A DNA stretch of 32,000 nt. Source: Fibrobacter succinogenes subsp. succinogenes S85 (GTDB lineage Bacteria > Fibrobacterota > Fibrobacteria > Fibrobacterales > Fibrobacteraceae). Below are positions 7,990 to 14,027 of this stretch, piece by piece; position 1 is the first letter of the stretch; every line of letters starts with the position of its first letter. The DNA is taken from contig NC_017448.1 in NCBI RefSeq assembly GCF_000146505.1, positions 630,001-662,000 on the forward strand, read 5' to 3'. The notes under the pieces are model-generated. The model made no database searches. It was not told the origin of the DNA and saw nothing but the letters and a program-made list of their open reading frames with translations. The translations under genes were made by a program, and so were the position numbers.

Positions 7990-8265
7990 ATGGCATATCA
8001 AATCGAATACACCTCTCGTTTCAAGAAAGAATACAAATTGGCAAAAAAGAGGGGACGCGACATAAATTTGTTGCGAACCGTCATTGAGATTCTTGCAAAA
8101 GGCGAGCCTCTCCCAGAAAAATACAAGGACCATCCACTGGTATCTAATTGGAGCGGATATCGCGAATGCCATATTCAAAGCGATTGGTTGCTGATTTACA
8201 AGTACAAGGACAATGAACTCATTTTGAGTTTAACAGCAACAGGCTCACATAGCGATTTATTCTAA
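7990..8265 (+). CDS. yafQ: YafQ/RelE-family type II toxin (mRNA interferase)
   Basis: 91 aa. FKKEYKLAKKRG, PLPEKYKDHPL.G, WSGYRECHI.DWLLIY, and a terminal H..L(F) pattern typical of YafQ toxins. Confidence 0.8.
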   Translation: MAYQIEYTSRFKKEYKLAKKRGRDINLLRTVIEILAKGEPLPEKYKDHPLVSNWSGYRECHIQSDWLLIYKYKDNELILSLTATGSHSDLF

Positions 8266-8273
8266 AACATTTA

Positions 8274-8298
8274 GGGCAGCCCAAAGCTGTCCGTTTTT
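8274..8298 (+). terminator. Rho-independent terminator after the TA pair
   Basis: GGGCAGC-ccaaa-GCTGTCC (one G-U pair) followed by gTTTTT. Confidence 0.55.
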
Positions 8299-8330
8299 GT
8301 AATAACCTACGATAACTAAAAGCCTTCAGT

Positions 8331-8398
8331 TATAGAAAAAATCAATAAGTTCGCATAAAAATTAAGTATTGGACAAACGCGTTTTTACGTTCTATATT
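8331..8398 (+). promoter_or_regulatory. Conserved promoter/operator module, copy 3 (upstream of Ubl-E1-rhodanese gene)
   Basis: TATAGAA 8331-8337, TTGGACA 8369-8375, TTCTATATT 8390-8398. A longer leader carries GTACGGA twice (8439, 8461) before GTG 8475. Confidence 0.5.
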
Positions 8399-8474
8399 TC
8401 AGCACGAAAAAATCCTATAGCTATTGTGGGAAAATTTGTACGGAACAACCACTTTTTAATGTACGGAGAAAAAA

Positions 8475-9953
8475 GTGAGAATTTATATATCAGCAACCCT
8501 TAGGAATTTCTTCGGGAAAAACGCGCAAGTCAGCGTCCCCGAAAACACGGTTAGAAAGGCTCTCGCCAATTTAATAAGTACTTATCCAGAAGGAGAAAAA
8601 GTCCTTTTTGATGAAAACAACAAGCTCAGAAGTTTCATCAAGATCTACCTCAATGGCAAGAATTTGAACGTCGATACACTCTGGGACGCCACACTTGAAG
8701 ACGATTCCGAAATTTTGCTTTTGCCCGCCATCGCAGGCGGCGCACCGATTGAAGAATCGCAAAGCAAACACGTCGAAAGCTTGATTTCTGACGAAAGACG
8801 CAAGGAAGTCGCTTTTGACGATAGCGAAATTGAACGCTTCGGCAAGCACCTGATGCTCAAAGACATCGGCGTCAAGGGCCAAAAGCGCATCAAGGCCGCA
8901 AAAGTCGTCGTCATTGGCGTTGGCGCACTCGGCTCTCCGGTGATCCAGTATCTCGCCGCCGCAGGCGTTGGCACCATCAAGGCCATCGACTTCGACGAAG
9001 TCTCGCTCGAAAACTTGCAAAGCCAGGTATTGCACGGCACACGCGACGTCAAGCGTCCGAAGGTCGCCTCAGCAAAGGACAAAGTCAAAAACATCAACAA
9101 GAATATCGTCTTTGAAGCCGTCAAGGAACAGCTCGACGCATCGAACATCGAAGCCGAAATTGAAGGCTACGATCTCGTTATTGACTGCACGGACAACTAC
9201 AAGGCTCGCTACCTGATCAACGACGCTTGCGCTCTGCACGGCATTCCGCTTGTGTTCGGCGCGATTTACCAGTTCGAAGGCCAAGTCGGCATTTTCAACT
9301 TGGATGGCGGTCCATGCTTGCGTTGCCAATACCCATCCCCTCCGCCGGCAGGGCTCATCCCCTCCTGCGCAGAAGGCGGCGCCATCAGCCCGCTCCCGGG
9401 AATCATCGGCAGCATCCAGGCAAACGAAGCGCTCAAGCTCATCTTGGGAATCGGTGAACACCTGAACGGCAAAATTCTCCACGTGGATAGTTTGTACTTA
9501 TCTTCGAGAATTTTCAAGGTCGAACGCGATTGCCATTGCCCGATTTGCGGTAACAATCCGACAATCACAAACGTCGAAGATATCGACTACGAAGACCTTT
9601 GCGGATTGAAGACCACAAACGAAACGCCTGTGGAAGGATTCACGCCCGAAGAACTCGCCAAGCGCATCGACAACGGCGACGACATCACAATTGTTGACGT
9701 CCGCGAGCCGCACGAACGCGCGATTTTGCGTTTCCCGAACGCCATCGTGATTCCAATCGGACAGCTCGTTCGCAGACAAAAGGAACTCGATCCAAATAAG
9801 GATACGATTTTCATTTGTAAACAAGGCAAGCGTAGCGAACTTGCCATCAACACATTGCGCGAAGCGGGCTACACCGGTCCTCTGTACAACTTAAAGGGCG
9901 GTATCGACGCAATGAAGGACATCATGTTCTCACACGAAGGCGCTTGGTTATAA
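8475..9953 (+). CDS. Triple fusion: MoaD/ThiS-like Ubl domain (internal GG), ThiF/MoeB E1 domain and rhodanese domain
   Basis: 492 aa. Residues 1-89 are beta-grasp-like and end LLLPAIAGG (GG codons 8736-8741). A linker follows, then the E1 domain (VIGVGALGSP, SLENLQSQ, CLRC and CPIC). The C-terminal rhodanese has the active-site loop FICKQGKRS (Cys codon 9816-9818). GTG start with RBS GGAG. Confidence 0.85.
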   Translation: MRIYISATLRNFFGKNAQVSVPENTVRKALANLISTYPEGEKVLFDENNKLRSFIKIYLNGKNLNVDTLWDATLEDDSEILLLPAIAGGAPIEESQSKHVESLISDERRKEVAFDDSEIERFGKHLMLKDIGVKGQKRIKAAKVVVIGVGALGSPVIQYLAAAGVGTIKAIDFDEVSLENLQSQVLHGTRDVKRPKVASAKDKVKNINKNIVFEAVKEQLDASNIEAEIEGYDLVIDCTDNYKARYLINDACALHGIPLVFGAIYQFEGQVGIFNLDGGPCLRCQYPSPPPAGLIPSCAEGGAISPLPGIIGSIQANEALKLILGIGEHLNGKILHVDSLYLSSRIFKVERDCHCPICGNNPTITNVEDIDYEDLCGLKTTNETPVEGFTPEELAKRIDNGDDITIVDVREPHERAILRFPNAIVIPIGQLVRRQKELDPNKDTIFICKQGKRSELAINTLREAGYTGPLYNLKGGIDAMKDIMFSHEGAWL

Positions 9954-10108
9954 CGTAGGGCTTTGAATAGGGAAAAGCTATGTCAAAAAAATTTTTCGAC
10001 AAGGGCAGATTTTCGTAACAACAAAATAAGCTTATTATTTTCTAACATTCACATCTAAATACTAGGAAAATAGTTTTAAACACAACTAACAATAAGAGGT
10101 AAACCATT

Positions 10109-11071
10109 ATGGCAAATGAAGCAGAAAAGAACACGGGCATTAATGCCCTCGGCGCCAAGGCCGCTTACAACCTGGCGAACGTCACCAAGACCAAGCCGCA
10201 ATTTGGCGCGCTCACGCCCAAGTGGCTCACCAAGTTCCTTGAATTCAAGGGTCTCGAAACAGGTCTTTTCCGCGTGAACAAGGTCGTCGAAGGCCAGACA
10301 CCGCTCGACGTTCTTTGCAGCGCTACCAAGAAGTCCGATATCATCCCGGAAGGCTACGTCGAATACGAAACCGAACCGCGCGAATACAAGCTCAACTCCA
10401 TCTCCACGATCATCAACGTCAACACCGCTATCGAAGACGTTTACAGCTCCCCGTATGATCAGGTTCAGGAACAGCTCGGTCTCGCTATCGAATCTCTCCG
10501 CGAACGTCAGGAAAGCCAGCTCATCAACAACGATGACTACGGTCTCTTGAAAAACATCGCTGACTCTCAGCGCATCCAGCCGCTCCGTGCCGATGGCCGC
10601 CCGACTCCGGACGATCTCGATGAACTCATTTCGAAGGTTTGGAAGGAACCGTCCTTCTTCCTCGCCCACCCGCGTGCTATTGCCGCATTCGCCCGTGAAT
10701 GCACCCGCCGTGGCGTGCCGCCTGTCGTTGTAGACCTCGCCGGTAGCAGATTCCTCACCTGGCGCGGCATTCCTCTCGTTCCGACCGACAAGCTCCTTGT
10801 CGATGGCGTGAAGAACCCGAAGTCTCAGGGTGGCAAGACCAACATCTTGCTCGTCCGTACTGGCGAAGCCAAGCGCGGCGTTATCGGTCTCTTCCAGGCC
10901 GGTCTCAAGAACGAACACTCCCGTGGCCTCTCTGTGCGTTTCCGCGGTATCGACAACAAGGGCGTTGCATCTTACCTCTTGTCTCTGTACTGCTCTGCCG
11001 CAATTCTCGCAGACGACGCTATCGCCGTGTTAGAAGATGTCGAGGTTGGCGAATACTATGACTACGAATAA
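10109..11071 (+). CDS. Family 2A encapsulin shell protein (SrpI-like, no cNMP-binding insertion)
   Basis: 320 aa. Long conserved blocks recalled from SrpI-type encapsulins: WKEPSFFLAHPRAIAAFARECTRRGVPP, TWRGIPLVPTDK, LSVRFRGI, ASYLLSLYCS. RBS AAGAGG. It sits directly upstream of a desulfurase with a disordered N-terminus. Confidence 0.8.
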   Translation: MANEAEKNTGINALGAKAAYNLANVTKTKPQFGALTPKWLTKFLEFKGLETGLFRVNKVVEGQTPLDVLCSATKKSDIIPEGYVEYETEPREYKLNSISTIINVNTAIEDVYSSPYDQVQEQLGLAIESLRERQESQLINNDDYGLLKNIADSQRIQPLRADGRPTPDDLDELISKVWKEPSFFLAHPRAIAAFARECTRRGVPPVVVDLAGSRFLTWRGIPLVPTDKLLVDGVKNPKSQGGKTNILLVRTGEAKRGVIGLFQAGLKNEHSRGLSVRFRGIDNKGVASYLLSLYCSAAILADDAIAVLEDVEVGEYYDYE

Positions 11072-12800
11072 TCCAGAAACCAGATCGCTGGAAGAACTCG
11101 CCGGAGTTCCCAATGCGGCTGAACTGGAGCAATTGGCAAATGCGTATTTCCCGGATTTGACGGATAGCGCATACGCAGCAACCCCCGCCGCTCCCGAAGC
11201 GCAGAACGCATCTGCCGCTCAGGGAGTCAGTGCAGCTCAGGGTGCCGCAGCCATCAGCCAGACTCCAGCCTTCGACTGGGAACACCCCTTTGCGACCTAT
11301 GGCGACCAGCCGACATCCTCGGCTCCGTTTGCCTATGGCGGAAGTTCTACAGACACCTGGCTCAACACGGTTGAAGCCCCTGCGGTTCCCGAATCGCAGT
11401 TTGCATCGCAGCTGAGCGATATTCCGACAGCCCCCGCACCGGCTCAGGGTTACTCCCCGAAGGTCGTGTCCAAGACGCAGGCTGCCGAAGCTAGCCGCCA
11501 GATCGATGCACCGACTTCTCTCGGTGGCGATTCCGTGAAGACGGGTTCTGCAAACAGCGGCGCAAATTCTCGCAACGATTCCATCCGCATCGGTTCCAAG
11601 ACTCTTGCCCAGATCCGTTCTGACTTCCCGATTCTCTCGAAGCAGATCAACGGTCATCCGCTCGTTTGGCTCGATAACGGTGCAACAACGCAGCGCCCGC
11701 AGGTAGTCATTGACCGCCTCAAGTACTACTACGAAAACGAAAACTCCAACGTTCACCGTGGCGCTCACACGCTCGCGGCCGCATCGACAGACGCCTACGA
11801 AAACGCACGCAACATCGTTCGTGACTTTATCGGCGCTCCGTCCTCGCAGGAAGTTGTTTTCGTTCGCGGTACAACAGAAGCCATTAACTTGGTTGCAAAT
11901 GCCTACGTGAAGCCGACGCTCCAGCCGGGTGACGAAATCATCGTCTCCATTTTGGAACACCACGCCAACATCGTTCCGTGGCAGCTCATTGCCGAAGAAA
12001 CGGGCGCAATCATCAAGGTGATTCCGTGCGATTCTACCGGTCAGCTCAAGCTCCACGATTACGAAGCATTGTTCACGAAGCGTACCAAGTTCGTTTCCGT
12101 GACGCACGTTTCGAACGTGCTCGGCACTGTAACCCCGATTGAAGAACTCATCGCCATCGCTCATAGACACGGCGTGAGAATCCTCATTGACGGCGCTCAG
12201 TCCATCGCTCACATCCCGGTAAACGTTGCAGCCCTCGATGCAGACTTCTTCGTGTTCTCTGGACACAAGGTGTTTGCTCCGACCGGTATCGGCGTTGTCT
12301 ATGGCAAGAAGGAATTGCTTGAAGCAGCAAGACCTTACCATGGCGGCGGCAACATGATTGCGGACGTCACGTTCGAACGCACGATTTACAACGGAATTCC
12401 GAACAAGTTCGAAGCTGGTACCGGAAGCATCGCCGACGCTGTTGGCCTCGGTGCAGCCCTCCAGTACCTCACTGAAATCGGGATGCCGTGCGTATTCCGC
12501 TGGGAACATGAACTGTTGCAGTACGGCCTCAAGGAATTGAAGACTGTCAAGGGTATCCACCTTGTGGGAACCGCACTCAACAAGGCTTCTGCGCTTGCCT
12601 TCAAGCTCGACGGTTATTCCGACGAAGAAGTGGGCAAGAGACTCGACGCATACGGCGTTGCCGTTCGCACCGGGCATCACTGCGCTCAGCCAGTTCTCCG
12701 CCATTTCGGCTACGAAAGTACCGTGCGACCCACACTCGCATTGTACAACTCACCGGATGACATCGACGCCCTCGTAAGAGCGTTGAAGACATTCGCATAG
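11058..12800 (+). CDS. Group II (SufS/CsdA-type) cysteine desulfurase with about 185-aa disordered N-terminal extension (encapsulin cargo type)
   Basis: The catalytic part starts near 11613 (IRSDFPILS..LDNGATTQ). PLP lysine in FSGHKVFAPTG and active-site RTGHHCAQP. The N-terminus is Ala/Pro/Ser/Gln-rich and contains LEQLANAYFP (11124-11153). ATG 11058 (GAGG 12 nt upstream) overlaps the encapsulin 3' end by 14 nt. ATG 11037 is an alternative start. Confidence 0.85.
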   Translation: MTTNNPETRSLEELAGVPNAAELEQLANAYFPDLTDSAYAATPAAPEAQNASAAQGVSAAQGAAAISQTPAFDWEHPFATYGDQPTSSAPFAYGGSSTDTWLNTVEAPAVPESQFASQLSDIPTAPAPAQGYSPKVVSKTQAAEASRQIDAPTSLGGDSVKTGSANSGANSRNDSIRIGSKTLAQIRSDFPILSKQINGHPLVWLDNGATTQRPQVVIDRLKYYYENENSNVHRGAHTLAAASTDAYENARNIVRDFIGAPSSQEVVFVRGTTEAINLVANAYVKPTLQPGDEIIVSILEHHANIVPWQLIAEETGAIIKVIPCDSTGQLKLHDYEALFTKRTKFVSVTHVSNVLGTVTPIEELIAIAHRHGVRILIDGAQSIAHIPVNVAALDADFFVFSGHKVFAPTGIGVVYGKKELLEAARPYHGGGNMIADVTFERTIYNGIPNKFEAGTGSIADAVGLGAALQYLTEIGMPCVFRWEHELLQYGLKELKTVKGIHLVGTALNKASALAFKLDGYSDEEVGKRLDAYGVAVRTGHHCAQPVLRHFGYESTVRPTLALYNSPDDIDALVRALKTFA

Positions 12801-12801
12801 C

Positions 12802-12914
12802 AGGTCGCGTCCTTCGGACGCTTTGAGCGATGAGGTCGCACCTGCGGTGCTTTGGGGTTCTGAGCTATAGCCCATACCTCAGAGGGAGCCGCAGGCGACC
12901 GACCCCATACCTCA
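12802..12914. repeat. Cluster of short hairpin/direct repeats in the desulfurase-cysE spacer
   Basis: AGGTCGC followed by a hairpin occurs twice: GCGTCC-ttc-GGACGC at 12807-12821 and GCACC-tgc-GGTGC at 12838-12850. An inverted GGCGACC lies at 12894-12900. CCCATACCTCA occurs twice (12871-12881 and 12904-12914). Confidence 0.6.
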
Positions 12915-12948
12915 TACCTTATCATTACTTCTTATTTTTCAAAAATCT

Positions 12949-13911
12949 ATGCACGAACTTATCCAAGAATCTGAAGTTGAAAAAGCCGTACAAATTATTT
13001 TTGACGATTACAATCGCGGCAAGCATATCGACAATATCGATATTTACAATCGACCCGACCAGGCCGAAATCCAGACAATTTTGCAGAATCTGATTCGAGT
13101 CGTTTATCCTGGACACTTCAGAGATCGTTCGCATAAGATTTACAATCCCAAGAACAGCTTTGCAGTTCTTATCGAAGATACGTTCTACCACCTTCACAAG
13201 CAGGTGGCGATTGCGCTAGATTACTGCAAATTGCGCGGTTCCATGACCTCGGACGAGCGCAAAATTGAAAGCTATAGAATTTGTAAGGAATTCTTCGCCA
13301 AGATTCCGCAAATCCGCGAATTCCTGGAAACCGATTTACACGCCGCTTTTGACGGCGACCCTGCTGCCGGCTGCCTTGACGAGATTATCCTCGCCTACCC
13401 CGGTCTCATGGCGACAACCATTTACCGCATCGCCCACGAACTTTATCTTTTACACGTTCCGGTTCTCCCGCGACTCATGACCGAATATGCCCATTCCAAA
13501 ACAGGCATCGACATCCATCCGGGTGCAACCATCGGCAAATACTTCTTTATCGATCACGGCACAGGCATTGTGATTGGCGAAACCGCAGTCATCGGCAAGA
13601 ACGTCAAGATTTACCAAGGCGTCACGCTAGGCGCACTTTCAACTCGCGGCGGACAAAAGCTCTCCGGCAAAAAGCGCCACCCCACCATTCAAGACAACGT
13701 CACTATTTACGCGGGAGCATCCATTCTCGGCGGAGATACCGTTGTTGGCGAAAACGCAATTATCGGCGGCAACGCCTTCATCACGCGATCCATTGAGGCC
13801 AACACTCGCGTCAGCCTCAAGAATCTTGAAATGGATTACGTTTCAACCACCAATAGCAAGCACAAGACCGAAGAACTCCAGCAAAGCGACGAGTGGTACT
13901 ATATTATTTAG
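12949..13911 (+). CDS. cysE: Serine O-acetyltransferase (long-form CysE/EpsC type)
   Basis: 320 aa. Left-handed beta-helix hexapeptide repeats (GIDIHPGATIGKYFFIDHGTGIVIGETAVIGKNVKIYQGVTLG) and the SAT N-terminal helical domain. Confidence 0.85.
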   Translation: MHELIQESEVEKAVQIIFDDYNRGKHIDNIDIYNRPDQAEIQTILQNLIRVVYPGHFRDRSHKIYNPKNSFAVLIEDTFYHLHKQVAIALDYCKLRGSMTSDERKIESYRICKEFFAKIPQIREFLETDLHAAFDGDPAAGCLDEIILAYPGLMATTIYRIAHELYLLHVPVLPRLMTEYAHSKTGIDIHPGATIGKYFFIDHGTGIVIGETAVIGKNVKIYQGVTLGALSTRGGQKLSGKKRHPTIQDNVTIYAGASILGGDTVVGENAIIGGNAFITRSIEANTRVSLKNLEMDYVSTTNSKHKTEELQQSDEWYYII

Positions 13912-13972
13912 CAGGAAGTAGGCGGTAGGAAGTAGGAAGTGGTTAGTAAACAGTGGTTAGTAGGAAGTAAAA
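13912..13972. repeat. Low-complexity purine/T word repeats (AGGAAGT, GTGGTTAGTA)
   Basis: caGGAAGTAGGcGGTAGGAAGTAGGAAGTGGTTAGTAaacaGTGGTTAGTAGGAAGTaaaa, read directly. Confidence 0.7.
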
Positions 13973-13977
13973 AGGAC

Positions 13978-14007
13978 AAAACCCGCACTCGGACGAGCAC
14001 GGGTTTT
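13978..14007. terminator. Bidirectional terminator between convergent cysE and pectate lyase genes
   Basis: AAAACCCG (13978-13985) pairs with CGGGTTTT (14000-14007). This gives an A-run/T-run hairpin usable on both strands. Confidence 0.55.
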
Positions 14008-14027
14008 CAATTTATTTTAAGATAAGA

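Noticed and set aside
5655-9953. Possibility that the Ubl + E1 + JAMM genes form an anti-phage ubiquitin-like conjugation system (Bil-type or CBASS Cap2/Cap3-type)
   Set aside because: No E2-like gene or effector is present. The E1 proteins are short ThiF/MoeB types, and one is fused to rhodanese. TusA, MetY, the cysteine desulfurase and CysE flank them, and three of the genes share one promoter module. All of this points to sulfur transfer rather than protein conjugation. Conjugation is not formally excluded.
11019-12704. 561-aa minus-strand ORF, together with 10076..10918 (-) and 8571..9148 (-), opposite the encapsulin, desulfurase and fusion genes
   Set aside because: The products are Arg/Cys/Val/Gly-rich with no recognisable motif. 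They sit exactly antisense to genes with strong family signatures, so they are classic shadow ORFs caused by codon bias.
12830-13197. ORFs 12830..13093 (+) and 12925..13197 (-) around the cysE start
   Set aside because: They overlap the repeat-rich spacer and the 5' end of cysE. Their translations are low-complexity, and the cysE frame has clear serine acetyltransferase homology.
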